A stretch of DNA of 64,000 nucleotides, taken from an uncultured Candidatus Saccharibacteria bacterium. Lineage in GTDB: Bacteria; Patescibacteriota; Minisyncoccia; 2-02-FULL-40-12; GWA2-44-9. Location: the NCBI GenBank assembly GCA_964488565.1, contig CAZAUE010000001.1:42687-106686 (forward strand). The letters are read 5' to 3'. The notes below the pieces were generated by a model. It was not told the origin of the DNA. It searched no databases and worked only from the letters and a program-made list of their open reading frames with translations. The number at the start of each line of letters is the position of its first letter. Position 1 is the first letter of the stretch. The position numbers were made by a program, and so were the translations under genes. Below, in pieces: positions 1 to 10,456 of this stretch.

Positions 1-341
1 TCCCTACTGGTTAACGCTTCTAAAAAATTAGAAAAAGTATACGCAAAGTGACGCATCTCATAAATATAAGGATTTGTGCGAGACATCACCCTAATTTCTT
101 TTGTTTCAGCGCTTTCTTGTCTAATTAAGACCTGATAGCCACGACGTTTAAACCATCGGTCTAGTTCTACCAGATTACTGTCTTTACCGGCCTTATGAAG
201 ACCCATAAATTCAACAACAATCGGTTTCACGGGCACTTGGCTCTTTTTTCTCGGAGGATCAAGTTTGCCTAAAATATGTTTGGCAATATCACCAGAAACA
301 TCCGCATTCTTAAGATTAATACCACTTATAATGTCCGCCAT
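1..341 (-). CDS. Partial CDS (N-terminal part; C-terminus lies beyond the window start). Hypothetical, with a degenerate P-loop-like motif.
   Basis: Reverse-strand ATG at 339-341 opens a frame that stays open to base 1 (MADIISGINLKNADVSGDIAKHILGKLDPPRKKSQVPVKPIVVEFMGLHKAGKDS...). The VVEFMGLHKAGKD stretch resembles a nucleoside/nucleotide-kinase P-loop. It is absent from the ORF track only because it is truncated. Confidence 0.35.
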   Translation of the reverse strand, partial: MADIISGINLKNADVSGDIAKHILGKLDPPRKKSQVPVKPIVVEFMGLHKAGKDSNLVELDRWFKRRGYQVLIRQESAETKEIRVMSRTNPYIYEMRHFAYTFSNFLEALTSR

Positions 342-425
342 TTCGTCTCTCTTTTTTTAAAAAATCTGACTAGAGTATCTCAAATTTTCTCTTTTTGTCA
401 ATTTAAAAAATGATTAAAAATCAAA

Positions 426-1433
426 CTAAATTCTTTCCCAATGAGAATCAATGTAGGCATTGGCTTCGGATAATTTTAAAGCCGTGGTTCCGTTTCCTGT
501 TCTTATGTAAAACTCTTCTGTATTATTGTCGTTTTTCAAATATGCAGGCTTGTGACTTGATAAAACATTCACCACACAACACTCTTTGCCATCTACATGC
601 GACCAGTTTAATTTCACGAATTGTCTAAATTCAGCTCCTATCATGTTGTGAAAAACTTGAGTAAAATGATTTTCAAAACCATCGGCATCTTTTTTGATGA
701 GGGAGCCATAATCAGAAGCCAAACCCACAATTGTTTTTTTATCGTCTACTCCTATTACCAAATGTCCACCCTGAGAATTAAGAAACGCAGCAATAGTTTT
801 CATTACTGATTTTTCAAGAACTTTATTTACTGTATTTTGTCTCATGTCCCAGCGAAAAGTGCTTTTAAATTCCAAATTCTCGTGTTCGTCTTTATTTAAA
901 AAATCTAAAACACCAGCCTTTGTGTTAATAGCTTCGGCTTCATTTTTGTTGTTAGCTGAAAATCTTTTGAATTTTAAAATTAAATCTACGTATTCTTCAG
1001 GAGTTGGGACATTTTCTAATCTAATCTTTTTATTTACATTGCTGTTTGTTAGTTCTATCGTTCCATATTTAGTAAGTTTTCCAAGAGGACTTTGACGATG
1101 ACTTACTGAAATAACATTATCAAGGGGAATCGCTGTTCTGTGACGATATAAAACACCACGAGTATGCACAATCTCACCTTTGCGGATTTGAAAAGATTCC
1201 CGATACCATCGGAAAAATATAAAAAACACAATCGCCGTTTCAGCTGAAAAGATGAGCAAGGCTTCAGCAATACGAAATGATATCGTGCGAGAAATAAACA
1301 AAGAGGTATAAATTTCTCCATAATCAGCTATCGCTCCGGCAATAAAAAAAGCGACGACTGCCATGCCCTGAAGCAAAATAAAATTTTTGACGATTACTAT
1401 GGGACTTTTTTTGACGATAATAGATTTATCCAT
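426..1433 (-). CDS. Membrane protein with an N-terminal bPH_2 (YdbS/YdbT-like bacterial PH) domain fused to a C-terminal Schlafen/AlbA_2 (divergent AAA-4) domain
   Basis: Two N-terminal TM helices flank RWYRESFQIRKGEIVHTRGVLYRHRTAIPLDNVISV (bPH_2-like). The C-terminal half has EFKSTFRWDMRQN...KTIAAFLNSQGGHLVIGVDD and FYIRTGNGTTALKLSEANAYI, typical of AlbA_2. Confidence 0.55.
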   Translation of the reverse strand: MDKSIIVKKSPIVIVKNFILLQGMAVVAFFIAGAIADYGEIYTSLFISRTISFRIAEALLIFSAETAIVFFIFFRWYRESFQIRKGEIVHTRGVLYRHRTAIPLDNVISVSHRQSPLGKLTKYGTIELTNSNVNKKIRLENVPTPEEYVDLILKFKRFSANNKNEAEAINTKAGVLDFLNKDEHENLEFKSTFRWDMRQNTVNKVLEKSVMKTIAAFLNSQGGHLVIGVDDKKTIVGLASDYGSLIKKDADGFENHFTQVFHNMIGAEFRQFVKLNWSHVDGKECCVVNVLSSHKPAYLKNDNNTEEFYIRTGNGTTALKLSEANAYIDSHWERI

Positions 1434-1462
1434 TAATGACCAATCCTACCACTTTGAATTTT

Positions 1463-1494
1463 GATGGTAAACCCCCACAAAGTGTGGGGGTTTA
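1463..1494 (-). terminator. Intrinsic terminator downstream of copA
   Basis: Perfect ~13-bp stem GGUAAACCCCCAC/GUGGGGGUUUACC with a 4-nt loop, followed on the minus strand by a U/A-rich run. Confidence 0.5.
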
Positions 1495-1513
1495 CCCAGA
1501 CTTTCAGGTGAAA

Positions 1514-3766
1514 TTAATTTGCCCTATATCTCTTTAATAGGAGTGAGTTAGAGACCACTGAAATTGAACTAAAAGCCATAGCAACTGAAGCAAAAATTGG
1601 ATTCAAGAGAAGTCCAAAAAATGGATACAAAACCCCCATCGCAACAGGAATGAGAATTATGTTGTATCCAAAAGCCCAAAACAAATTTAGTCTTATCGTT
1701 CTCATGGTTCTTTTAGACAACTGAATGGCCATGGCCACAGATTTCAAATCTTTGTTTATCAAAGTTATATCCGCAGCCTCAATAGCCACATCAGTTCCAC
1801 TTCCCATGGCTATGCCCACATCAGCCTGAGCTAGTGCTGGTGCGTCATTAACACCATCCCCAACCATGGCAACAAATTTTCCTTCGGCCTGAATTTTTTT
1901 AACCTCTGCTTCTTTTTCTTCTGGCAACACTTCAGCTAAAATTCTTTTGATTCCAACCTGACTCGCAATAGCACGAGCCGTTCTTTCGTTGTCCCCAGTT
2001 AACATAACAGGCTCTATTCCAAGTTTTACAAGAGCCTCAATCCCCTTTTTTGCACTTTCTTTTACGGTATCGGCAACAGCAATTAAACCGACCAGTTTGT
2101 TTTCAAATCCGAGCATCATTACAGTTTTACCACCTTCTTCTAGTCTATTATTTTCGGTCTCATAAGCACTCACTTCAATTCCTTCTTTTTCTGCTAATTT
2201 TTTATTGCCGAATATTATTTTTCTATCATCCACAAAACCCTCAACCCCATGGCCAGGAATTGCTTTAAAGTTTTTAATCGCAACGCTGGAAATGTTTTGC
2301 TTTTCAGCTTCTCGGATAATACTGTCCGCCAAAGAGTGCTCTGATCCTTTTTCAAGAGAAACAGCCAATTCCAATATTTTTTCTTTACTCAAATCAGATG
2401 TGGCAATAACATCTGTAACCTCCGGCTTACCATTAGTCAGTGTGCCAGTTTTGTCAAAAATTACAGTGTTAATTTTATGGGCAATTTCTAAACTCTCTGC
2501 ATCTTTAATCAATATGCCATGCTCTGCCCCCTTACCCGTCCCAACCATAATCGCCGTAGGCGTTGCTAGTCCCATAGCGCACGGGCAAGCAATTATCAAT
2601 ACCGTAACAGCACTTAAGATGGCTCTGAGCAAAACTGGTTCTGGTCCAAAATCGTACCACACGACAAATGTGGCGATAGCCAACATGATAACAATGGGAA
2701 CAAAATAAGAAGAAACTAAATCTGCCAAACGCTGAATAGGAGCCTTACTACCCTGAGCCTCCTGAACCATTTTAATTATCTGGGCCAACATCGTGTCCGA
2801 ACCAACTTTGGTGGCCTTAAAAATAAATGTACCAGTCTTATTAATGGTTGCCCCAACGACAATGTCATCTTTTGTTTTGTCTACAGGAATACTTTCTCCA
2901 GTTATCATTGATTCATCAATAGACGATTCACCTTCAATAATTATTCCGTCTACAGGAACTTTTTCTCCAGGTCGAACTCTTATCAAATCTCCCATAACGA
3001 CTTCGCTGATAAGAATATCTAATTCCTGCCTGCCGGCAGGCAGGTCTTTATTATCTCTTATCACTCGAGCGGTTTTCGCTTGTAAACCAATAAGTTTTTT
3101 AATAGCTTCAGAGGTTCCCGATTTGGCCTTGGCCTCAAAATAGCGACCCAAAAGAATCAATCCAATAATAATCGTGGCCACATCAAAGTATGGCATCGGC
3201 TCAACGCCAATGTTTTCAACAATTTGCGGAAACATGGTTACAAAAACTGAATATCCATAAGCAACCGTAGTTCCAATAACAACAAGGGTGTCCATGTTTG
3301 CGGTCCGATGCTTCAACGCTGGAATGGTTGCCCGATAGAAAATCCATCCCGCCCAAAACTGAACTGGTGTTGCCAAAATTAATTGAATCCAGAAATTTTT
3401 TAAGATTGATGGGGCTGTATCCATCAAAGCAGGAAAGCTTCCCCATAAAACCAAAAAACCTAACCCCAAACTCACAATCACTCTTGTGCGTAAATCATTT
3501 AATTCTTTTTGTTTTTCTACACACTCCTGATCTTCAGAACGAAATTCTTCTTTAATAAATGCCTTATAACCAACATTGGCCACCGCTGAAATTAATTTAT
3601 CATCCGTCGCCTTGTCTGAATCATATACAATCGTGGCTTTTTCGGTTACCAAATTAACATTTGCCTCCGATACGCCTTCAGTATTTTTTAGTGACTTCTC
3701 AATTATCAAAACACACGAGGCACAATGCATCCCTTTAATTGAGAAAGTTTTTTTAATTTTATTCAT
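1514..3766 (-). CDS. copA: Copper-translocating P1B-type ATPase
   Basis: N-terminal HMA domain GMHCASCV (MxCxxC). TM6 CPC motif ([12 protein letters not shown]), DKTGTLT phosphorylation site, and the [10 protein letters not shown] hinge. 750 aa. Confidence 0.93.
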   Translation of the reverse strand: MNKIKKTFSIKGMHCASCVLIIEKSLKNTEGVSEANVNLVTEKATIVYDSDKATDDKLISAVANVGYKAFIKEEFRSEDQECVEKQKELNDLRTRVIVSLGLGFLVLWGSFPALMDTAPSILKNFWIQLILATPVQFWAGWIFYRATIPALKHRTANMDTLVVIGTTVAYGYSVFVTMFPQIVENIGVEPMPYFDVATIIIGLILLGRYFEAKAKSGTSEAIKKLIGLQAKTARVIRDNKDLPAGRQELDILISEVVMGDLIRVRPGEKVPVDGIIIEGESSIDESMITGESIPVDKTKDDIVVGATINKTGTFIFKATKVGSDTMLAQIIKMVQEAQGSKAPIQRLADLVSSYFVPIVIMLAIATFVVWYDFGPEPVLLRAILSAVTVLIIACPCAMGLATPTAIMVGTGKGAEHGILIKDAESLEIAHKINTVIFDKTGTLTNGKPEVTDVIATSDLSKEKILELAVSLEKGSEHSLADSIIREAEKQNISSVAIKNFKAIPGHGVEGFVDDRKIIFGNKKLAEKEGIEVSAYETENNRLEEGGKTVMMLGFENKLVGLIAVADTVKESAKKGIEALVKLGIEPVMLTGDNERTARAIASQVGIKRILAEVLPEEKEAEVKKIQAEGKFVAMVGDGVNDAPALAQADVGIAMGSGTDVAIEAADITLINKDLKSVAMAIQLSKRTMRTIRLNLFWAFGYNIILIPVAMGVLYPFFGLLLNPIFASVAMAFSSISVVSNSLLLKRYRAN

Positions 3767-3774
3767 GGTTATAT

Positions 3775-4149
3775 TTATTCGGTTACAATAATTTTACCGT
3801 GAAACATGTTCATCCCACAGGTAAAATTAAACTCTCCCGCCTGTTTGGGAGTAATTTCAATTTCAACTTTTTTATTGAGTGGCAAATATTTTCGTATCTT
3901 GAAATCTCCCAACACAACTTCTTCTAAGCAACTCGAGGGGTCTTCGCGAGTAAAGTTAAGTTTCATGGTTTTTCCTTTTGGTATAGAAATTACATCGGGG
4001 ATATATCCACCCTTAACGGTTATGTCTATTGAACCAGAAGCTATAACCTTGTTTTCTTTCTTTAAAAGAAAAAACCAAAACACAAAAATCATACCGACAA
4101 CTCCTGATATTGTAATAATAGTTTCGTTCATCCCGCACTTATCGAGCAT
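3775..4149 (-). CDS. Membrane-anchored cupredoxin-like (Cupredoxin_1-type) protein
   Basis: N-terminal TM helix. The C-terminal [18 protein letters not shown] motif matches the C-terminus of the next gene (FSCSMGMYTGVINVIN). Adjacent to copA. Confidence 0.45.
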   Translation of the reverse strand: MLDKCGMNETIITISGVVGMIFVFWFFLLKKENKVIASGSIDITVKGGYIPDVISIPKGKTMKLNFTREDPSSCLEEVVLGDFKIRKYLPLNKKVEIEITPKQAGEFNFTCGMNMFHGKIIVTE

Positions 4150-4282
4150 TGAGCTTTCCTATGCAGCTGAATTAGATGCACAATCCTCGATTATTTAATT
4201 AATTCATTATATCCCGCATCTTTGACGACACCTATCACGCTGCATATGCTCAATAAGTGCGGGATTCATATAATTTGTTTTA

Positions 4283-5620
4283 TTAATTAATTACATTAAT
4301 TACTCCCGTGTACATACCCATTGAGCAACTGAATTTAATTGGGCCTGTATTTGTTGGGGTAAATTCTATTACATTAATTCCCTCTTGTAGGCTGGTAAAA
4401 ATATTGAACTTCGGAATCAGAAAGCTTGCTGAACAAGAATAAAGATTAGTCGCATTCACAAGCAATTTAACAGGAACATTTACTTTTACCGTGACCTTGT
4501 TTGGAGAGTATCCATTACCAAATTGGGTTATTTTTACAACCTGCTTTCCATCTTCAAATATTCCACTTACCTCTTCCTGTTTTGGAGTGCTTGGAAAATT
4601 CAAGACAATTCCGGTTAAATTATAGCCATAGGAAATATTTAGTACCCCCAAAACCATAACTACCAGTCCAGCAAATTTAAAGAAGTATCCCTTGAACCAA
4701 CCTTTTATGACAGAGGTTATTCCTCCTATCCCCAAAAGTCCGGGCATCGTCCCCAAAGCGAACAAGCCCATAATAAGAGCTCCTCTGGTAAAACTACCGG
4801 TACTTACGGCATACAACTGCATTGCTTGAGTAAAACCACAGGGCAAAAAGAAGGTTGCCGCTCCAGATAAAAAAGAATCTCTGTGTCTATATTCTTGATT
4901 TTCACGATTTATGCCAAAAAGTCGACTAAGACCTTTGGGCAAAGTAAAACTTTTTAAGCGTGGAAAAATCTCAATGAGTTTTAGTCCCAAAAACAACATA
5001 ACCACTCCCACTAACACTATCAACGTCCCTAAAACTGGACTTGAGAAACGAAACACTGAACCAACCAGACCAATTACGCCACCTAAAAGAAGATAGGAGG
5101 CCATGCGTCCCGCATTGAAAAACAAATGGGGACGAAATTTTTGAACCGGCGTAGCCTCTGGATGCAAAGCGGCGTGTCGAGCAGAAATACCAAGAACAAT
5201 TCCTCCAACCAAAGCCATGCAAGTAGAAATTCCAGCGGTTAGACCAATCAAGAGAACTACGACCAATCCTGGCGAATCACTAAACCCATAACTCAAATTA
5301 AATAATCCAAATATTTTCATTAGAAAATAAATGAACAACAAAACTCCGCCGGCAAAGAATAATTCTATGTAAGTCATGGAATCTTTGGACAAAAAAGATT
5401 CTTTTAATCCTATCCCCATACTATATCCAGAATCTTCTATCGCCTTTCTAATTTGTCCATCAGAAATGTTTTGCTGATTGTAGTAAACCTTAACAATGCC
5501 TTTGTGATAATTAACATCAACCTTTTTAACTCCTTGAACCTTGGAGACGATATTGTCTTCTACCAATATCTCACAGGAACGACAATGCATGCCTTTTACG
5601 TTATATGTCTTTTTATTCAT
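4283..5620 (-). CDS. Metal-binding membrane protein: HMA domain + DsbD_2/TauE-like transmembrane domain + C-terminal cupredoxin-like domain
   Basis: N-terminal GMHCRSCEIL (HMA), a polytopic core with conserved LPCGF, and C-terminal FSCSMGMYTGVINVIN. Confidence 0.55.
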   Translation of the reverse strand: MNKKTYNVKGMHCRSCEILVEDNIVSKVQGVKKVDVNYHKGIVKVYYNQQNISDGQIRKAIEDSGYSMGIGLKESFLSKDSMTYIELFFAGGVLLFIYFLMKIFGLFNLSYGFSDSPGLVVVLLIGLTAGISTCMALVGGIVLGISARHAALHPEATPVQKFRPHLFFNAGRMASYLLLGGVIGLVGSVFRFSSPVLGTLIVLVGVVMLFLGLKLIEIFPRLKSFTLPKGLSRLFGINRENQEYRHRDSFLSGAATFFLPCGFTQAMQLYAVSTGSFTRGALIMGLFALGTMPGLLGIGGITSVIKGWFKGYFFKFAGLVVMVLGVLNISYGYNLTGIVLNFPSTPKQEEVSGIFEDGKQVVKITQFGNGYSPNKVTVKVNVPVKLLVNATNLYSCSASFLIPKFNIFTSLQEGINVIEFTPTNTGPIKFSCSMGMYTGVINVIN

Positions 5621-5686
5621 TTTGCGTTGAATTGCCCAATTTGGGACAAATAATTAAATCTTACCGAAAAGAGAATCCCCCGATTA

Positions 5687-5926
5687 CTAAAAACGAGGCG
5701 GGAGAAATATTTCTTCATTATAAAAAGTTCCGAGAATAAGTTCCTTGTTGATTATTTGTGTGGTTAAAAATACAACAAACATAACCGACACTGATGTCAT
5801 TATAAAAAGACTGGTCATGAGTATGTGACAGGCTTGTTCAGAACAGCTTTCATGAAAACCCAAAAGAGCCACTAGGGGGATGGCGACAAATAAGGCGACT
5901 AGTAAAATTGTGAGCGATTTAGACAT
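5687..5926 (-). CDS. Small hydrophobic membrane protein, hypothetical
   Basis: 79 aa with two predicted TM helices; sits in its own intergenic slot. Confidence 0.3.
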   Translation of the reverse strand: MSKSLTILLVALFVAIPLVALLGFHESCSEQACHILMTSLFIMTSVSVMFVVFLTTQIINKELILGTFYNEEIFLPPRF

Positions 5927-6006
5927 TTCTTATACCCTATCAATGTTAAACCTAATTATACTCAAAATAGTGCTTAATGCCAATTTTGTGGTAAAGTGGT
6001 GAAGAT

Positions 6007-6684
6007 ATGAAAGACCCCAAATTCCCAATGCGCATAAACCAGTATCTTGCTTGGCAAAAGCACTCTACCCGCAGAGGCGGAGATGAGCTTGTCCAAAAGA
6101 AGCAGGTTCTAATCAACGGAAGATTTGCAGAACTTGGAGACAAGGTTAACGAGAAAGATATTGTGGAAGTATTAAAAAGCAAGAAGCCTACAGGCTATCT
6201 TTATTTTGCTTACAATAAGCCCGTAGGTGAAACAACAGATACTCCAATCTTTCTCAATAAAGACATATTTCCTCTTGGCCGATTAGACAAAGATTCTCAT
6301 GGTCTAATGCTCCTAACAAATGATGGAAGAGTCACCGACAGACTTCTTAACCCTGAATATGCCCATGAAAAAGAATACGTAGTTTCAACTAAAGAAAAAC
6401 TAAGAGCCAACTTCAAACAAAAAATGGAGGCGGGTGTGGACATAGAAGGATATAAGACAAAAAATTGTAAAATTGAAATCGTGAATGACTTTACTTTCAG
6501 AATAACCCTAACCGAGGGCAAGAAACATCAAATCAGAAGAATGTGTGTTGCTCTTCATAACGAAGTTCGAGATCTCAAGAGAACTAGAATAATGAATATT
6601 CGTCTAGAAAAACTACCCCCTGGTAGTCATAGATCTATCGGCGGAGAAGAACTCAAAACCTTTCTAAAAAGTTTAGGACTCTAG
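6007..6684 (+). CDS. RNA pseudouridine synthase, RsuA/RluB family (S4 domain + catalytic domain)
   Basis: S4-like N-terminus (MRINQYLAWQ...VLINGRF), the YFAYNKPVG motif, and the catalytic Asp motif in PLGRLDKDSHGLMLLTNDG. Confidence 0.8.
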   Translation: MKDPKFPMRINQYLAWQKHSTRRGGDELVQKKQVLINGRFAELGDKVNEKDIVEVLKSKKPTGYLYFAYNKPVGETTDTPIFLNKDIFPLGRLDKDSHGLMLLTNDGRVTDRLLNPEYAHEKEYVVSTKEKLRANFKQKMEAGVDIEGYKTKNCKIEIVNDFTFRITLTEGKKHQIRRMCVALHNEVRDLKRTRIMNIRLEKLPPGSHRSIGGEELKTFLKSLGL

Positions 6685-6688
6685 TTGC

Positions 6689-7921
6689 CTATTCGTAACG
6701 CAAAGCCTCGATGGGGCTCTTCATAGATGCTCGACGAGCTGGATATATACCAAAAATAAATCCTATTACAGTAGAGACTCCTACGCCCAACAATGCACCC
6801 GACCAAGGTGAAGAAAAAGGGAAATTCAGTCCGGCAAATTTATTAATTAAAATAGTTCCTGCATAACTTATTAATGAGCCTGAAATAATTCCGATAATAC
6901 CTCCGCTTGCTGTTAAAATTATCGCCTCAACCAAAAACTGGAAAAGAATATCCTTGTTTTTAGCACCCAAAGCTTTTCTGAGTCCTATTTCTCTTGTTCT
7001 CTCAGTTACAGAAACAAGCATTATATTCATTATTCCCACCCCTCCGACAACCAAAGAAATTCCAGCTATTGAAGCAAGGAGAATGGTAAGCATATCGGTT
7101 ATTTGAGTAAAAGTTTTAGCAGCCCCCTCTGGTGTTTGTACATAAAAATCAGCAGTTTGGCCCTCTTCCAGACCATGACTATCTCTTATTGTATTCCTCA
7201 CACTTTCAACCATGTCTGATAAAAGAGAAGAATCTGCGGTTCTGATAATTATTCTTTGAATGTAATCATACCCCAAAATATACTGCTGAGCCGTTGTGTA
7301 AGGAGTTATGACAACTTTGTCGTAATCCAAAAACAAAGACTGTCCCTTAGGCTCAAGAACCCCGATAACACGGTATGACCTGTCTTTTATTTTAACTTTC
7401 TCACCAACAGCATCCGACTCTCCAAAAAGTTCTTCCTTAACTTTTGAACCCAGAACAACAACAGCTGATTTTTGATCCACATCCTCATCATTAATAAATT
7501 CCCCATCTGAAAGTTCTAATTTATCTATAGTCTGATTGCCAGGAGAAGCACCCAAAAGAGATCCATAGAATTCTTCGGACTCAAAAAACACATTTGCTGG
7601 TCCAAAAACAAAAGGCACAATTAAATCAGCTTCTGGGACATTGATCTTGTTGCGAAGAGCAATAACATCTTTATCGTGCAAAGAATCAGTAAGCACACTG
7701 CCCTCACTAAAATCTCCTTCTTTCCCTGGTATTACAAAAATATTATTAGAACCAAAACTTTCAAGCTCTCCAAGAATAAACCCCTGAGCACTTCCACCGA
7801 GGGAGGTAACTATTGTAATAGCGGCGATACCAATAACTATCCCGAGAACAGTAAGCATTGTTCTTGCTTTATGTGTCGTAAGCCCCGATATCGCCATTTT
7901 TAGAATATCTTTAAAATCCAT
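6689..7921 (-). CDS. ABC transporter permease, MacB/FtsX-like
   Basis: N-terminal TM, a large periplasmic domain, and a C-terminal FtsX-type 3-TM bundle. Arranged as an operon with the upstream ATPase and adaptor. Confidence 0.8.
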   Translation of the reverse strand: MDFKDILKMAISGLTTHKARTMLTVLGIVIGIAAITIVTSLGGSAQGFILGELESFGSNNIFVIPGKEGDFSEGSVLTDSLHDKDVIALRNKINVPEADLIVPFVFGPANVFFESEEFYGSLLGASPGNQTIDKLELSDGEFINDEDVDQKSAVVVLGSKVKEELFGESDAVGEKVKIKDRSYRVIGVLEPKGQSLFLDYDKVVITPYTTAQQYILGYDYIQRIIIRTADSSLLSDMVESVRNTIRDSHGLEEGQTADFYVQTPEGAAKTFTQITDMLTILLASIAGISLVVGGVGIMNIMLVSVTERTREIGLRKALGAKNKDILFQFLVEAIILTASGGIIGIISGSLISYAGTILINKFAGLNFPFSSPWSGALLGVGVSTVIGFIFGIYPARRASMKSPIEALRYE

Positions 7922-7924
7922 AAT

Positions 7925-8644
7925 TTATTTCATGAGACCTGAACCAACCAATCTCCTGTTGGTTACAAGCTGATCCAACTCAATTTTTCCATCTTTTACC
8001 CTTATCATTCTTTTAGCAGATTGGGCCACATAGGTTTCATGGGTAACAATAATGATTGTGTGGCCTTGATCATTCAGTTTTTGTAAAAAATCTAATACCA
8101 CTTCACCTGATTTTGAATCCAAGTTGCCAGTTGGCTCATCGGCAAAAATAACTTTAGGGTTATTCACAAGAGCACGAGCAATGGCAACCCTTTGTTTTTG
8201 CCCTCCCGAAAGTTTTGAAGTTTTATAATCGGCTCGATCCTGAAGACCCACTAACTCAACCAAACCAGAAGCAATTCTTGTTCTTTCTGGTTCTCTTATG
8301 CCAGCATAAACGAGAGGCAATTTAATATTTTCTAAAACCGAAATACGAGGAAGAAGGTTAAATGCTTGGAACACAAAACCCATTTTATTATTCCTAAGGT
8401 AAGCAAGCTCATCATCGCTATAGTTGTCCAACAACTTACCCTCAATCAAATACTGACCCGATGTTGGTCTATCTAGACAGCCAAGAATCTGAAGGAGCGT
8501 TGACTTGCCCGATCCTGAAGGACCAACAATCGCAACAAATTCTCCTTCTTCAATACTAATACTGATATCATCAAGACCGACAGTTTCTATTTCATTGTCG
8601 TGATATATCTTAGTTAAATTTTTTATTTCAATAAGAGAGGGCAT
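7925..8644 (-). CDS. ABC transporter ATP-binding protein (MacB/LolD-type)
   Basis: Walker [13 protein letters not shown] signature [15 protein letters not shown], and Walker [11 protein letters not shown]. Confidence 0.9.
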   Translation of the reverse strand: MPSLIEIKNLTKIYHDNEIETVGLDDISISIEEGEFVAIVGPSGSGKSTLLQILGCLDRPTSGQYLIEGKLLDNYSDDELAYLRNNKMGFVFQAFNLLPRISVLENIKLPLVYAGIREPERTRIASGLVELVGLQDRADYKTSKLSGGQKQRVAIARALVNNPKVIFADEPTGNLDSKSGEVVLDFLQKLNDQGHTIIIVTHETYVAQSAKRMIRVKDGKIELDQLVTNRRLVGSGLMK

Positions 8645-8651
8645 CTTTAAA

Positions 8652-10355
8652 TTATTTCACCGAGGATTTATTGACAACGTTATCTCCAATTTTCAAACCA
8701 GACAGTATTTCTGTTTTGCCATCAGAACCTCTTAACCCTGTTTCCACAGGAACCTCAACCACCTTTCCTTCTTTAGTGGATGCCACAACCGCAAGGTTTG
8801 CTAAGTTATATGAAGCATCTTTTTGGGAAACATAAATTCTCACAAATTTCTTTCCATCTTTAGTTATAATATCTCGACTTGAAACGTAGACAACATCATC
8901 CTTTTTATTGGTTTGAATTTCAGCATCGGCAGTGAGACCTGAAAGTAGTTTGGGATTATTTTCATCAAATTCCAAGGTTACCTTGTAGGTTGCAACACTA
9001 TTCATGACTTGTCCTGCTGGATCAATGTGAACAACTTTAGCCTTTAACTTGTAATCTTTTCCATAAGCATCTAATGTCACTGTCGCATTATTTCCAATTT
9101 TAATTTTAGCAATATCGGCCTCTGATATGTTTGTTTCAATTTGAAACTTAGCATCTCCAACAATAGAAGCGACGGGGCTTTGTGGGGAAACAAGCTGACC
9201 AACTTTTACATCTATATTAACCACCATTCCATTAAACGGTGCCCGAATTGAATATTTGGCCAAATTATCAAGAGCATCTCTTACGGCAGATTCGCTCTGC
9301 CTTACAATGTTTTCCTGACTGGCAATATCAAGAGGATTGCTCTGTTGTTCTGTATCCAATAATCTTTGCGAACTTGCCAATGCTTGCTTATTAGAGGTTA
9401 TGGAGTTTTGAATGTTTGTAAGACTCGTTAAATGAGAGTTTAGTTGGTTTATATATCTTACGACCTCAGATTGATATGATGCTATTGGGGATGGTATTGG
9501 TGCAGAAGAATTATTATCTCGTAAATTATCTACGGTGGTATCAAGCACTATCTGCTCATCTCTTGCTACTTGAGACATTTTTTTGACTGTTTCTAGTGTC
9601 TCATTTATAAGTGCTATTAAAGCTTCTGGAGATGATGATCTTGTTGTGTTGTTATAATGCTCAAGATTAACTTCGTAAGACTTATCGGCAACATTATATT
9701 CATCAACCGTTTTTTTCAACAAAAAATCCATGACTTCTTTATCATTGCCAAGTGCTAAGTTTAAATAACCATTAACATTAGAATTGCCTGATTCTATTTT
9801 ATTATTATCGAGAAGCACACCTTTTATGCCTGAAATGGTGGCTGGCAAATCAAGAAAAGAATCGGAAACTTCATTAAACCCATTTTGATAAGCTGTATCA
9901 AGATTGTTTTGAGCAGTAATTATTGTATCCAGAATCTTGGGAATATCGTTTTGATTATTCAATCGGAGTTTGCTCAAAGCTATTTTTGCATTCTCAAGAT
10001 TAAGCTGAGCATCCCTAAGCGTTTTTTGAGCATCGCTGGCATTGAGTTGAGCAATCAGAGCACCAGAATTTACTTTCTGACCATTTATAAAAGCCACGTA
10101 TGACACCTTACCACCTTTTTCAAAAGAAAGATCAACAAACTGAGAGGAGACAACTCTGCCCGACACACTTACCTCCTGAATCACCGAACCTCTTTCAATC
10201 GCCTTTGCTTTATAAACCTCTTTCTCTGTGCGTCCAAAAGAAAACCACCCCAAAAGAAGAATGGCGATGGCAATAGTAATTGAGGTTTTTTTATAAGTTT
10301 TTAGAAATCTCCAAGATTTAATTATTAAGTTTTTCATTTTATTTATCATAGTCAC
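8652..10355 (-). CDS. Periplasmic adaptor / membrane-fusion protein (HlyD/MacA family) with a long coiled coil
   Basis: N-terminal TM, a long heptad-rich central region, and a C-terminal beta-barrel-like segment. It is first in the operon with the ABC ATPase and permease. Confidence 0.7.
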   Translation of the reverse strand: MTMINKMKNLIIKSWRFLKTYKKTSITIAIAILLLGWFSFGRTEKEVYKAKAIERGSVIQEVSVSGRVVSSQFVDLSFEKGGKVSYVAFINGQKVNSGALIAQLNASDAQKTLRDAQLNLENAKIALSKLRLNNQNDIPKILDTIITAQNNLDTAYQNGFNEVSDSFLDLPATISGIKGVLLDNNKIESGNSNVNGYLNLALGNDKEVMDFLLKKTVDEYNVADKSYEVNLEHYNNTTRSSSPEALIALINETLETVKKMSQVARDEQIVLDTTVDNLRDNNSSAPIPSPIASYQSEVVRYINQLNSHLTSLTNIQNSITSNKQALASSQRLLDTEQQSNPLDIASQENIVRQSESAVRDALDNLAKYSIRAPFNGMVVNIDVKVGQLVSPQSPVASIVGDAKFQIETNISEADIAKIKIGNNATVTLDAYGKDYKLKAKVVHIDPAGQVMNSVATYKVTLEFDENNPKLLSGLTADAEIQTNKKDDVVYVSSRDIITKDGKKFVRIYVSQKDASYNLANLAVVASTKEGKVVEVPVETGLRGSDGKTEILSGLKIGDNVVNKSSVK

Positions 10356-10407
10356 TTATTATAACACATTTTAACAAATTTCACAAGCAGGAAGCGCTTA
10401 AATACAG

Positions 10408-10437
10408 AAACGCCCTCAGCCACACAGCTGAGGGCGT
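10408..10437 (-). terminator. Intrinsic terminator after the DsbA-like gene
   Basis: 12-bp perfect stem AACGCCCUCAGC/GCUGAGGGCGUU followed on the minus strand by a U-rich tract. Confidence 0.5.
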
Positions 10438-10456
10438 TTAATGATAGTTTAAAAAT

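Noticed and set aside
2050-3555. Several 70-170-aa ORFs on the plus strand inside copA (2050..2268, 2205..2708, 2793..3143, 3298..3555)
   Set aside because: They lie antisense to a well-supported P-type ATPase gene. Their proteins are low-complexity and show no motifs; they are typical shadow ORFs.
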